Part shown: positions 28,052 to 37,254 of the stretch, one piece after another
Layout: each line of letters opens with the position of its first letter
How positions within the stretch are numbered: the first letter of the stretch is position 1
DNA from: Armatimonadota bacterium
GTDB lineage: Bacteria; Armatimonadota; UBA5829; DTLH01
Length of the DNA: 64,000 nt
NCBI GenBank assembly: GCA_038207085.1
Contig: JBBRAE010000013.1
Coordinates: 1-64,000 of the forward strand
Direction: 5' to 3'
Program-made: the position numbers and the translations under genes
The notes under the pieces: generated by a model
What the model saw: only the letters and a program-made list of their open reading frames with translations
Told to the model about the DNA's origin: nothing
Databases searched by the model: none

Positions 28052-30172
28052 CTACCTCAAAATCAGGAAATACCAGCTAAGCAAAATGACACATATAACG
28101 GTGATCGCAGCATACTGCTGAACGATACCGGTCTGAGTAAACTTAAGGACGCGCCCACCGATTTTACTTGTCTCGGCGACGAGGTTCACGAGCCCGTCCA
28201 CAACGTATTTGTCGAACACGGACCAGAACCTGGAGAGTATGAGAGTGAACCAGCCGACACCGTTTACGATGGCATAGTCGATGACCCAACGGTCGAAGGC
28301 ATACATGGCGTTGTTTACGAACATCAGCGGCTTGATGACGACGATGTCATTGATCTCGTCCATATAGTATTTGTTCTCGACGATGGTCTGGACCCAGCCA
28401 AACGACGGTTTCAGCCAGTCAAACTTGAGAACCGGCCAGATCCAAATAAGAGACGCAATGCCGATGCCCACGATTCCGGCGAGTGTGCCGAGGAGCATTA
28501 CTACGAGCGAGAAATGGTGCTCCACCATGCCCTCGATACCGATCACCTCAGGGTTGATATAGTGCCCGAAGATGCTGTGACCGGGGATCCCGATGTAGCC
28601 CGCCGCGATCGAGAGAAACGCGAGGATGAACAGCGGAATGAGCATCACTTTCCAGCTCTCGTGAGCGTGAATGCTCGGGTCACGCGGCTTGCCGAGGAAC
28701 GTCATTGCGACAAGTCTGGTCATATAGAACGCCGTCATAAACGCGCCTGCGAGTCCCGCGTAGAAGATGATCTTGCCATACTCCCAGTGATACGCCGTCA
28801 GAAGTATCTCGTCTTTGCTGAAGAAACCCGCGAAGCCGGGGAATCCAGCAAGAGCGAGAGTTCCGATTGCGAACGTCAGGAACGTCCAGGGCATCTTCTT
28901 GCGAAGCCCACCCATCTGGCGCATATCCTGAGTGCCGGTGCCGTGAATGACGCTTCCCGAACCAAGGAACAGGTTTGCCTTGAAATAGGCGTGGGTCATC
29001 AGGTGGAACATCCCCGCCGTATATCCGCCGACGCCGAGTGCCATCATCATATACCCGAGCTGGCTTATGGTGGAATAAGCGAGGACCTTCTTGATATCGT
29101 TCATGACGAGGCCCATGGTTGCTGCAAACAGCGCGGTAAACGCGCCGATTGCGGCGACTACCATAAGGGCCCGCTGGTCGATATGAAAGACGGGATACAT
29201 TCGGGCAACGAGATACACACCGGCTGCGACCATCGTAGCCGCGTGAATGAGCGCGCTCACGGGCGTCGGGCCTTCCATTGCGTCAGGAAGCCAGACGTGC
29301 AGCGGGAACTGAGCAGATTTGCCCATCGCTCCCCAGAAGAGGAGCAACGCGGCAATCGCGGCAATCGAAAGCGACACTGAAAGGCTATGCATCAGTGCAA
29401 AGACTATAGCAAACACGGCAACGCCAGCGATGATCGCAATGGGAAGCCTCTTTGCGCCTTTAAGAGCCGCCGCTGCGAACCCGTAGGAGAATATTCCGAG
29501 TATGATCGCCGCGATTGCGCCAATTGCCGGAATCGAGACTTCTTTGGCGGCCATTGCGATGAGGGTATGGTGTTCAAAAATCTTTGAAAGCTCGAGGCTT
29601 CCGACGTTGGCGTACAGCAAGAGCAACCCAAGGAAGAACCCCACGTCACCGACACGGGTAACGAGAAACGCCTTCTTTGCCGCGCGCATGGCTTCGGGCT
29701 TCTCGAACCAGAAACCGATCAGCAGATATGACGTGAGGCCGACAAGCTCCCAGCTCACATACATCAGCAGCAGGGTGTTTGCGATCACGAGCGAGAGCAT
29801 CGCGCAGGTAAAGAGCGAGAGATACGCGAAGAACCTCGGGAAGCGTTTGTCGCCGTGCATATAGCCGACGGAGAAAATCTGCACCATCATGCTGACGACT
29901 GTTACGACGAAGAGCATCATGATCGTGAGCGCGTCGACGCTGAACCCCACCCGGATCATGTCGGAGCCGTAGGGAGCCCAGTTGCATATGAAATCGCCAG
30001 TCTTGCCGTGTCCCGCGAGCCAGGTTACTGCCGCGTAACACGACACCAGAAACGACCCCGCGATAGCCGCGATGCCGACGTACGGCGACCTCTCCTTCAG
30101 GTTCTGCCCGAAGAAGATGATGACCAAAAACGCGGCAAGCGGTAGTATCGGTATTAGCCAAGCAAGATGCAT
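28052..30172 (-). CDS. nuoL: NADH-quinone oxidoreductase subunit L
   Basis: WELVG..SYLLIGFW, GKSAQFPLHVWLPDAMEGPTPVSALIHAATMV, KKVLAYSTISQLGYM. Confidence 0.96.
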   Translation of the reverse strand: MHLAWLIPILPLAAFLVIIFFGQNLKERSPYVGIAAIAGSFLVSCYAAVTWLAGHGKTGDFICNWAPYGSDMIRVGFSVDALTIMMLFVVTVVSMMVQIFSVGYMHGDKRFPRFFAYLSLFTCAMLSLVIANTLLLMYVSWELVGLTSYLLIGFWFEKPEAMRAAKKAFLVTRVGDVGFFLGLLLLYANVGSLELSKIFEHHTLIAMAAKEVSIPAIGAIAAIILGIFSYGFAAAALKGAKRLPIAIIAGVAVFAIVFALMHSLSVSLSIAAIAALLLFWGAMGKSAQFPLHVWLPDAMEGPTPVSALIHAATMVAAGVYLVARMYPVFHIDQRALMVVAAIGAFTALFAATMGLVMNDIKKVLAYSTISQLGYMMMALGVGGYTAGMFHLMTHAYFKANLFLGSGSVIHGTGTQDMRQMGGLRKKMPWTFLTFAIGTLALAGFPGFAGFFSKDEILLTAYHWEYGKIIFYAGLAGAFMTAFYMTRLVAMTFLGKPRDPSIHAHESWKVMLIPLFILAFLSIAAGYIGIPGHSIFGHYINPEVIGIEGMVEHHFSLVVMLLGTLAGIVGIGIASLIWIWPVLKFDWLKPSFGWVQTIVENKYYMDEINDIVVIKPLMFVNNAMYAFDRWVIDYAIVNGVGWFTLILSRFWSVFDKYVVDGLVNLVAETSKIGGRVLKFTQTGIVQQYAAITVICVILLSWYFLILR

Positions 30173-30215
30173 ATTCTGTCCTTATAGCGACAACGGCGTA
30201 AGAGCTGAAACTCCA

Positions 30216-30524
30216 TCACCACTTCATCAGGTTTACATCGTCGGCGTTGATGTGCCGGACTGCGCGATAGACGTTGATGACGATAGCGATCCCCACAGCA
30301 GCTTCAGCCGCGGCAAGGGTGATGACAAAGAGCGCGAAAATCTGCCCCGTAAGCGCAGGGCCCCTGAGATACGATGAGAAAGCGACGAGATTGATATTCG
30401 CCGCGTTCAGCATAAGCTCGATCGACATCAGAAGCGCGATGGCGTTGCGGCGGGTCATCATCCCAAAGAGCCCAAGCGAGAAAAGCGCCGCCGAAACAGT
30501 GATATACCAGCTAAGCGGGACCAT
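30216..30524 (-). CDS. nuoK: NADH-quinone oxidoreductase subunit K
   Basis: RRN..LMSIELMLNA, AAAEAAVG; 102 aa, 3 TM. Confidence 0.95.
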   Translation of the reverse strand: MVPLSWYITVSAALFSLGLFGMMTRRNAIALLMSIELMLNAANINLVAFSSYLRGPALTGQIFALFVITLAAAEAAVGIAIVINVYRAVRHINADDVNLMKW

Positions 30525-31084
30525 TATTCGTTCTCCTCCTTGGCTATGACGATCGCACCAACGAGCGCCGCGAGCAATATCAAAGATGCAAGCTCAAACG
30601 GCAGCACATAGGGCCGAAGAAGCATCTCGGCTATCTTCGGGGTAGTACCTTCGGATGCCCTTGCCTGCTCGTTTTCGGCATAGAAATCTTTGGGCACTGC
30701 AGGCGCGCTTGCGATGCTGACGGCGGTTCCTGAAGTCGGGTGTTTGAACGGAGTCACAAAGCTTGTGGTAAAGAGCAAAAACGCCAATACGGCAACCGGG
30801 GCTCCGATCCACCACGCGCGCGAGCTCTGTTTGATCTTTGCGCCCATAAGCTGCTGCGTCAGGACAATCGCGAACATAATGAGCACAGTGATAGCGCCCA
30901 CGTAGATCAACACCTGCATCGCAGCGAGGAACTCAGCGTTGAGCAAAATATATAGCGCCGCAACACCGAGAAAACTGAACGCCAGGAACAGCGCTGAGCG
31001 CAGAATATTCGGGATTATTACAACACACGCCGCGGCTATGATCGTCACAGCGGCGATAACGATAAATGCAATCTGGTTTCCCAT
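30524..31084 (-). CDS. nuoJ: NADH-quinone oxidoreductase subunit J
   Basis: LNAEFLA..QVLIYVGAI.VL, PFELASLILL. Confidence 0.94.
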   Translation of the reverse strand: MGNQIAFIVIAAVTIIAAACVVIIPNILRSALFLAFSFLGVAALYILLNAEFLAAMQVLIYVGAITVLIMFAIVLTQQLMGAKIKQSSRAWWIGAPVAVLAFLLFTTSFVTPFKHPTSGTAVSIASAPAVPKDFYAENEQARASEGTTPKIAEMLLRPYVLPFELASLILLAALVGAIVIAKEENE

Positions 31085-31087
31085 ATC

Positions 31088-31612
31088 TTAAGCGACGCCT
31101 CCTGATTCGGGTTTCTGCTCGTCAGTCGCCTCGTCCTCGGGTTTCTCTTCGGCGGGCTCTTCAGGCCATCGTCCACCGGCTTTGTTGAGGTCGTCGAGGT
31201 CCATCACCATCTGATCGCGAGTTGTGCTCGAAAGCTCGTAGACATCGCTCATGACCAGCGCATCTGTCGGGCAGGCCTCGGCGCAGAGACCGCAGAACAT
31301 GCACCGTGACATATCGATTGTAAACTCAGTAAGCTTGCGTTTCTTATCCTCGCCGACCTCGAACTCAAGCTTTATGATCTGCTCGGGGCATACCCGAGCG
31401 CACGCGCCGCAGGATATGCACCGGGTCTTCTCGGTTTTGGGGTCGATCGGAAGCGCTGGCATCCCACGGTAGCCTTTGGGGAGGTCCCAACGCTCCTCAG
31501 GGTATTGCAGGGTCACTTTCTTGCGCCAAAAGTTGTTGAATGTGACGCCAAGGCCTTTTGCAAGGCTCGTGACTGTGCGCAGGATCTCGCGGGGCAGGCT
31601 TCTTCTTTTCAT
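31088..31612 (-). CDS. nuoI: NADH-quinone oxidoreductase subunit I (2x[4Fe-4S])
   Basis: TLQYPEE, CISCGACARVCP, RCMFCGLCAEACP. Confidence 0.95.
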   Translation of the reverse strand: MKRRSLPREILRTVTSLAKGLGVTFNNFWRKKVTLQYPEERWDLPKGYRGMPALPIDPKTEKTRCISCGACARVCPEQIIKLEFEVGEDKKRKLTEFTIDMSRCMFCGLCAEACPTDALVMSDVYELSSTTRDQMVMDLDDLNKAGGRWPEEPAEEKPEDEATDEQKPESGGVA

Positions 31613-31616
31613 AATC

Positions 31617-32678
31617 TTAACCTCCCGCCGCCACGATGCCGCCGGCAGCGAGTAGAAGAACTAGACCAATGGGGATCAGCACCTTCCACCCGAAGTTCAT
31701 AAGCTGGTCGACGCGGACTCTGGGCCACGTTGCGCGGATCCACATCAGGGTCACCACGAGGCCGATAGATTTCGCGAGGAACCAGAAAAGTGATATCCCC
31801 ATCCAGAGCAGGCTCGCGTGCTGACCGGGAGCTGGCATAAACTGCGCTCCAAGGAACGGCAGTGGCGGGTTCCATCCACCGAAAAATAGCGTAACGGCGA
31901 TTGCGGAAATCGTAAACGATGCAGCAAACTCTTCGAGAAAGAACAGCGCGAACTTCATACCGCTGTACTCTACGTTGAACCCGGCGACAAGCTCGGACTC
32001 AGCTTCCATAATGTCAAAAGGCGTGTGATTGATCTCAGCAAGCCCGGCGGCGAGATAGATAAACGCCGCAATGGCCGGGATGCCGTAGCCGGAGAGTATA
32101 AACCACTTTGGGATGAATCCCATATAGTATCCGGACTGTGCTTCGACGATTCCCTGCATTCTAAGCGTTCCGGCAAAGACCACGGGGATGCAGATCGCGA
32201 GGATCATCGGAACTTCGTAGGCCACAAGCTGAGCGGCTGCTCTGAACGCACCAAGGAGCGACCACTTGTTGTTGGATGCCCATCCCGCAATGATGACCCC
32301 TATCACGGCGATGCTCGTGATCGCACTCACGTAGATGATGCCGATGTTGAGATCGCGGGCGATCAATCCATCACCAAACGGCATGACGACATAGACTAGA
32401 TAAGCCGGGATAAAAACGATGGCCGGAGCAATGGTGAAAAGCCATTTGTCCGCGCCTTCGGGGATAACATCTTCTTTTTGAAGCAGTTTCAAAGCGTCGG
32501 CGACAGTTTGAAGGAGACCCTGAGGGCCAACCCTGTTGGGCCCGATCCTTGCCTGGATGAAACCCATCACCTTCCGCAGCCCATAAATCATATAAAGGAC
32601 TGAGAACAGGACAAAGCTGAGCACAACCACTGCGACAAGGAGCATCTTACCTATTGCGAGGAGTAGTTCACTGTTCAT
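31617..32678 (-). CDS. nuoH: NADH-quinone oxidoreductase subunit H
   Basis: RIGPNRVGP.GLLQ..ADALKLL.KE, PFDI.EAESELVAGF..EYSG, PRVRVDQLM. Confidence 0.95.
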   Translation of the reverse strand: MNSELLLAIGKMLLVAVVVLSFVLFSVLYMIYGLRKVMGFIQARIGPNRVGPQGLLQTVADALKLLQKEDVIPEGADKWLFTIAPAIVFIPAYLVYVVMPFGDGLIARDLNIGIIYVSAITSIAVIGVIIAGWASNNKWSLLGAFRAAAQLVAYEVPMILAICIPVVFAGTLRMQGIVEAQSGYYMGFIPKWFILSGYGIPAIAAFIYLAAGLAEINHTPFDIMEAESELVAGFNVEYSGMKFALFFLEEFAASFTISAIAVTLFFGGWNPPLPFLGAQFMPAPGQHASLLWMGISLFWFLAKSIGLVVTLMWIRATWPRVRVDQLMNFGWKVLIPIGLVLLLAAGGIVAAGG

Positions 32679-32784
32679 ACTTGTGATAGCACCGCCGACC
32701 TTTGGGGTTACGTGCGTAGTTTGTTCACGCACCCTGACGGCACAAAGCTTATGAAGTCTTAAGCATCCCCTAGCCGCCATACCT

Positions 32785-32813
32785 ATTATATTTGCTGGGC
32801 TGAGGCGTGTCAA
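32785..32813 (-). promoter_or_regulatory. Perfect consensus sigma70 promoter for nuoH-N
   Basis: TTGACA-cgcctcagcccagcaaa (17 nt)-TATAAT on the minus strand, ~105 nt upstream of nuoH. Confidence 0.8.
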
Positions 32814-32977
32814 GCAAAGACAGAGGCACGAAATGGGGGAGAGACGGGTGTAAACAGGTAAACCTCTCAGTTGTACGGGAGGTCAAATGAAGGTATTTGT
32901 TACGTGTAACCTCCTAGGCGGCGGACCTCCTCAGGATTAGTTGTTACCGCGATTAATGGTCTGCCGCCTCCCAATAT

Positions 32978-33193
32978 CTAGCCCTCGATCAGCTCAATGG
33001 CCTCATCGATTTTCACATACACAGGAACCCCGTTTCGCTCCACGTAGAGAAGCCCACCGTCCTCGGCGACATCAAGCAGCCTGTCAGTGCGAATCTCTTC
33101 TGTGCGACCGTCCGTAGTGGTCAATCGATATTTGAGAGCGAGTCGTTCGTTATTGTCGAGCCTCAGGGCGATTTTCTTCAGATCCATCTGCAT
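32978..33193 (-). CDS. Small hypothetical protein (~71 aa)
   Basis: GGAG SD, protein-like composition (MDLKKIALRLDNNERL...); no family recognised. Confidence 0.6.
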   Translation of the reverse strand: MQMDLKKIALRLDNNERLALKYRLTTTDGRTEEIRTDRLLDVAEDGGLLYVERNGVPVYVKIDEAIELIEG

Positions 33194-33210
33194 CACTCCA
33201 ACCGCATACT

Positions 33211-33462
33211 CCGGTGGCGCATAGCGCCAGCCTTTAAGAGACGGCGCGGATAGCGCCGTCGATACGGTGACAAAAATCTGATTATGTGTTAGGCGCGAAC
33301 GCTTGATATTCCTTCAATTGAATATCCCGTCGACGGCGCTATCCGCGCCGTCTCTTAATGGTCTATTGCGGCGCGAGTGCCGCTGTCGACCCCGGTGGCG
33401 CAAGCGCCACTGTGACAGCAGCCAAAGGCTGCGGAAGGGCTGGCGCGGATAGCGCCACCGGC
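33211..33462. repeat. Cluster of REP-like hairpins, family B (ggtggcgc..gcgccac / gacggcgcggatagcgccgtc)
   Basis: 29-bp perfect inverted pair 33234-33262 / 33330-33358 plus further units at 33211, 33392 and 33439. Confidence 0.85.
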
Positions 33463-33525
33463 TATTGACATACCGAGGCGTAAACTGGAATACTACCGGA
33501 AGAGAAGTGTTGGAGGCAATAACGA

Positions 33526-34554
33526 ATGGCAAGACTCTTTGGTTGCGACTACACAAGAAATGAACTTCTTGCGCGGGTCGGGGATATCTCGCAGGTCGGC
33601 GGGATCAAGAAGGTGCGACTTTCTGACGGTATGGAAGATGGCGTCGAAGCTTACGATGTGCGCACCGGCACGGGTTTCACTTTTACTGTGCTTGCCGGAC
33701 GCGGAATGGGGATCGGGGGCGCTGAGTTTCAGGGAAGGCCGCTTGCTTGGCGCTCGGCGACTGGGGACGTCGCTCCACAGTTCTATGAAGCCGAGGGCAA
33801 GGGGTTTCTCCGAGGATTTGGAGGAGGGCTTCTTGTTACCTGTGGCCTGACCAACGTGGGCTCGCGGGTCGAAGAAAATAGCGCGCTCTATCCGGTGCAT
33901 GGACGGGTGCACAGCATCCCTGCGCGCGAGGTTTCCTATGGAGGAGAATGGGTCGGCGACGACTACGTTATGACGCTCGTGGGCAAGGTGAGAGAAGCCG
34001 CGGTATTCGGGGAAACTCTTGAGTTAACGAGAAAAATCACGGCGAGGCTTGGCGAGAGTGTTATCACAATTGAAGACACCGTCGAGAATCTCGGGCACGA
34101 ACCCGCCGATCATATGATCCTTTATCACATAAACGCGGGTTTTCCGGTGCTCGATGCGGGAGCACGCCTGCTAGCCCGTTCCAAGACCGTTACTCCAAGA
34201 GACCCACAAGCGGCCGAAGGCTTGGATGACTATGCCGTCTTTGACGCCCCGACGCCGGGGTATCGCGAGCAGGTCTTTTACCACGATCTTGAAAGTGATG
34301 ATTCGGGTCTTGTCACCGTAGCGGCTGTAAAAGACAACTTTGGGTTCTATGTTACTTACAGCAAAGAGGAACTTCCTGTTTTCGTTCAGTGGAAACAATG
34401 CGGGATGGGCACCTATGTGATGGGGATGGAACCTGCGAACTGCCACGTGGAAGGCAGACAGCGGGAGCGGGAAATGGGGACGCTTCAGTCGCTTGAGCCA
34501 GGTGAGGCGCGCCACTATAGGCTTGAGATTGGCGTGATATCCTCCAAGGACTGA
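33526..34554 (+). CDS. Aldose 1-epimerase-like protein (DUF4432)
   Basis: RGMGIG, GGGLLVTCGL, HGRVH, LYHINAGFP, YVMGMEP; GGAGG SD; TTGACA at 33465. Confidence 0.85.
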   Translation: MARLFGCDYTRNELLARVGDISQVGGIKKVRLSDGMEDGVEAYDVRTGTGFTFTVLAGRGMGIGGAEFQGRPLAWRSATGDVAPQFYEAEGKGFLRGFGGGLLVTCGLTNVGSRVEENSALYPVHGRVHSIPAREVSYGGEWVGDDYVMTLVGKVREAAVFGETLELTRKITARLGESVITIEDTVENLGHEPADHMILYHINAGFPVLDAGARLLARSKTVTPRDPQAAEGLDDYAVFDAPTPGYREQVFYHDLESDDSGLVTVAAVKDNFGFYVTYSKEELPVFVQWKQCGMGTYVMGMEPANCHVEGRQREREMGTLQSLEPGEARHYRLEIGVISSKD

Positions 34555-34601
34555 AGAATCGCGTCAAAGTCGCCGATAATTGAGGACGAGGTGGTGGAGA
34601 C

Positions 34602-34778
34602 GTGATTATGGCATTTTTTGCTGGATGGGTTATTGGTAGCCTTTCGGTATATAGTTATTTGGTGTTGACGGCGAAGCAGCCGCCGTATCCTGAGTGTATG
34701 GCGTGCGACAGCGCGTCTTGTGAAGGCTGCGAGGTGCTATCGTCAGACAACACCGAAGAGTTTCGCATGGCTGCGTAG
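34602..34778 (+). CDS. Small single-TM, four-Cys microprotein (not in ORF track)
   Basis: GAGGTGG/GGAG SD; (V/M)IMAFFAGWVIGSLSVYSYLVLTAKQPPYPECMACDSASCEGCEVLSSDNTEEFRMAA, double TAG stop, followed by a terminator-like hairpin. Confidence 0.65.
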   Translation: MIMAFFAGWVIGSLSVYSYLVLTAKQPPYPECMACDSASCEGCEVLSSDNTEEFRMAA

Positions 34779-34813
34779 TAGTTACTGCAAAGCAGATAGA
34801 TCTGGAGAAATAC

Positions 34814-34845
34814 GAAAAGCCCGGGCAAATATGCACCGGGCTTTC
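34814..34845. terminator. Putative bidirectional terminator
   Basis: gaaaagcccgggca-aata-tgcaccgggctttc between convergent genes. Confidence 0.6.
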
Positions 34846-34871
34846 AATCTTTACAGGCGTTATTGGTCGAC

Positions 34872-35105
34872 TTACTTGATGTAACCCACCATGGCACTAG
34901 TGACCATGAAAGCGATAGCAGACCACTTAGTGACCTCGGCTAGTCTTTCTTCACTCCCGGGCTTGCCTCGGAAAGCGGACTCAGCCTTACCTCCGATGGT
35001 GCCGGTCAGACCCTCACTCTTGGTAGACTGCGACATAACGATCGCAATGAGGCCGACGGCGGCTATGAGCTGAATTGCAGCAAACAGAATTTTTAGCGCA
35101 TCCAT
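34872..35105 (-). CDS. secG: Preprotein translocase subunit SecG
   Basis: 77 aa, 2 TM, Q..K..GL.G.IGG motif; AAAGGAG SD. Confidence 0.88.
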   Translation of the reverse strand: MDALKILFAAIQLIAAVGLIAIVMSQSTKSEGLTGTIGGKAESAFRGKPGSEERLAEVTKWSAIAFMVTSAMVGYIK

Positions 35106-35150
35106 TATATTAGAACCCTGTCTCCTTTGTATGCCGAACGGCAACCCGCC

Positions 35151-35236
35151 AGTAGCGCACAGCGCCATCTCAGCGGTCACCACCGGTGGCGCTATCCGCG
35201 CCACCCATTAAGAGACGGCGCGGATATCGCCGTCGA
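35151..35236. repeat. REP-like hairpins, family B
   Basis: ccggtggcgctatccgcgccacc-cattaagagacggcgcggatatcgccgtcga, matching 33211-33262. Confidence 0.8.
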
Positions 35237-35262
35237 GCAGTTTATTCCTTAAAACCTCAGAT

Positions 35263-35353
35263 ATATTAGCTGATTTTCACGTTCTCGTCAAGTGCTCGTT
35301 CAGGGCGCTCGTCTCCCGTCTGCTTGCCGCCGCCCCCTCTTCTCCGGTATAAT
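35263..35353. promoter_or_regulatory. Divergent promoters for secG (-) and proA (+)
   Basis: Minus: TTGACG-N17-TAATAT (35263-35291); plus: TTGCCG-N18-TATAAT (35324-35353). Confidence 0.55.
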
Positions 35354-35387
35354 CATATGTAAGTTATGAGTAGGATCAGGTGACCCA

Positions 35388-36647
35388 ATGACTGAGACAA
35401 TTTCCGAAGTAAGACAGAAGGCGATGCTGGCCAAGGCTGCGGCACGGGCGCTTGCGTCGGTTTCGACGGGCGTGAAGAACGCGGCGCTTCTTGGGATGGC
35501 GCAGGCGTTTATCGACCGGCAGGACGAGATTATCGCAGCAAACGCCGTCGACCTCGATCGCGCCAAAGAAAAGGGCATATCAGGCGCGCTGCTCGACCGG
35601 CTGACGCTGAACGACAAACGCATTGAAGGCATGGCCGATGGTCTTAGAATCGTCGCCGCCCTACCCGACCCCATCGGCGAGGTCATCAAAGGCTGGAAGC
35701 GACCGAATGGGCTCGATATCAGGCAGGTGCGTGTGCCGATCGGCGTTATTGGGATCATCTATGAAGCCAGGCCGAACGTCACTGCTGACGCCGCCGGGCT
35801 CTGCATCAAGGCAGGTAACGCCTGCGTGCTCCGAGGTGGCTCTGAGGCGATCAATGCCAACAAAGTGATCACGAAGATTATGGCCGAAGCCGCTCTGGCC
35901 GCTGGGATGCCGGACAACTGCATTCTTTTGATAGAATCGACCGACAGAGAAGCCGCGCGCGAGCTTATGAGGATGAACGAGTTCGTCGACGCGCTTATCC
36001 CAAGAGGCGGGGCGGGGCTCATTCGAACCGTTGTGGAGACAGCGACCGTTCCCGTGATCGAAACAGGCTGCGGCAACTGCCATACGTTCGTCGAGGCGTC
36101 TGCAGACCTCAAGATGGCTGAAGATATCGCCTTCAACGCCAAGGTGCAACGCCCGGGCGTCTGCAACGCGATGGAGTCGCTTTTGGTCGATGAGAAGGTC
36201 GCCGACAAGTTTCTTCCGGTTATGTTGAAGAGATTCGAAGACGCCGGTGTCGAGATTCGGGGCTGCGAGAAGACTCGGGCCATCTGGCCGAACGCCACAC
36301 CTGCGACCGACGAAGACTACTACACCGAGTACCTGGCGCTGATTCTCGCTGTAAAGGTAGTATACGGAGTCGACGAGGCGATCGCGCATATCAACAAATA
36401 TAATACGCGCCACTCCGAGACGATCGTGACTAGCAACTTCAGCACGGCAAAGAAGTTCGAGGACGAGATCGACGCCGCTGCCGTCTATGTGAACGCTTCT
36501 ACCAGGTTCACCGACGGCTTTGAGTTCGGTTTTGGCGCGGAGATCGGGATTTCCAACCAGAAGCTGCACGCCCGTGGCCCGATGGGCCTGCAGGAGATCA
36601 CTACTTACAAATATCTTATCGAAGGCAGTGGGCAGATCAGGCAGTAG
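35388..36647 (+). CDS. proA: Gamma-glutamyl phosphate reductase
   Basis: IIYEARPNVT, LRGGSEA, VCNAMES, NASTRFTDG.EFG.GAEIGIS.QKLHARGPMGL. Confidence 0.97.
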   Translation: MTETISEVRQKAMLAKAAARALASVSTGVKNAALLGMAQAFIDRQDEIIAANAVDLDRAKEKGISGALLDRLTLNDKRIEGMADGLRIVAALPDPIGEVIKGWKRPNGLDIRQVRVPIGVIGIIYEARPNVTADAAGLCIKAGNACVLRGGSEAINANKVITKIMAEAALAAGMPDNCILLIESTDREAARELMRMNEFVDALIPRGGAGLIRTVVETATVPVIETGCGNCHTFVEASADLKMAEDIAFNAKVQRPGVCNAMESLLVDEKVADKFLPVMLKRFEDAGVEIRGCEKTRAIWPNATPATDEDYYTEYLALILAVKVVYGVDEAIAHINKYNTRHSETIVTSNFSTAKKFEDEIDAAAVYVNASTRFTDGFEFGFGAEIGISNQKLHARGPMGLQEITTYKYLIEGSGQIRQ

Positions 36648-36648
36648 T

Positions 36649-37254
36649 ATGACTGAGCGTATTGGCATCATCGGTGGGACGTTCGACCCGATTCACCTCG
36701 GGCATCTCTTCATCGCCGAGGAATCGCGGTATAGGTGCGGACTCGATCGGGTGATATTTGTCCCTGCAGGTGTGCCACCGCACAAGCCGGGTGAGCCAAT
36801 CACCGCCGCCGAACGTAGATATAGTATGACCATGCTCGCGACTGAGGACAATCCCGCGTTTGAGGTCTCTCGAATAGAGATAGAGCGCCCGGAGACGTCG
36901 TACACCGTGAACACGCTTGAGGCGTTTCGAGAGGCTCAACCCGACGACGAGCTTTTCTTCATTATGGGAGCCGATTCGGTCGCCGAACTTGTGACGTGGT
37001 ATCGTCCTGAGAGGATTGTGGAACTCGCAACGGTGATAGCCGCCGCACGCCCTGGGACGGATATTGAACGCGCAAAGGAAGATCTGCCGAAGAGTCTACG
37101 CAACCGCGTGATCTTTTTGGAGTCACCGGGGCTGCATATATCCTCTACGGCGCTTCGTGCGCGAGCTTCGCTAGGTATGCCACTCAGGTATCTTCTGCAC
37201 GATAGAGTGGAAAAGTACATAATAGAAAACGAATTATACAGGAATGGAAGTTGA
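36649..37254 (+). CDS. nadD: Nicotinate-nucleotide adenylyltransferase
   Basis: GGTFDPIHLGH, PPHK, SYT, FIMGADS, ISST. Confidence 0.95.
   Translation: MTERIGIIGGTFDPIHLGHLFIAEESRYRCGLDRVIFVPAGVPPHKPGEPITAAERRYSMTMLATEDNPAFEVSRIEIERPETSYTVNTLEAFREAQPDDELFFIMGADSVAELVTWYRPERIVELATVIAAARPGTDIERAKEDLPKSLRNRVIFLESPGLHISSTALRARASLGMPLRYLLHDRVEKYIIENELYRNGS

Noticed and set aside
33211..33462. CRISPR array
   Set aside because: Units are inverted and irregularly spaced hairpins rather than direct repeats with unique spacers; no cas genes in the window
34740..34781. tmRNA (ssrA) gene suggested by the tag-like DNTEEFRMAA** near secG
   Set aside because: No tRNA-like acceptor or T-arm ends (GGGG..TTCGA..CCA) nearby; the tag-like sequence is simply the end of a longer ORF with its own SD
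35661..36671. 336-aa minus-strand ORF
   Set aside because: Antisense shadow of proA
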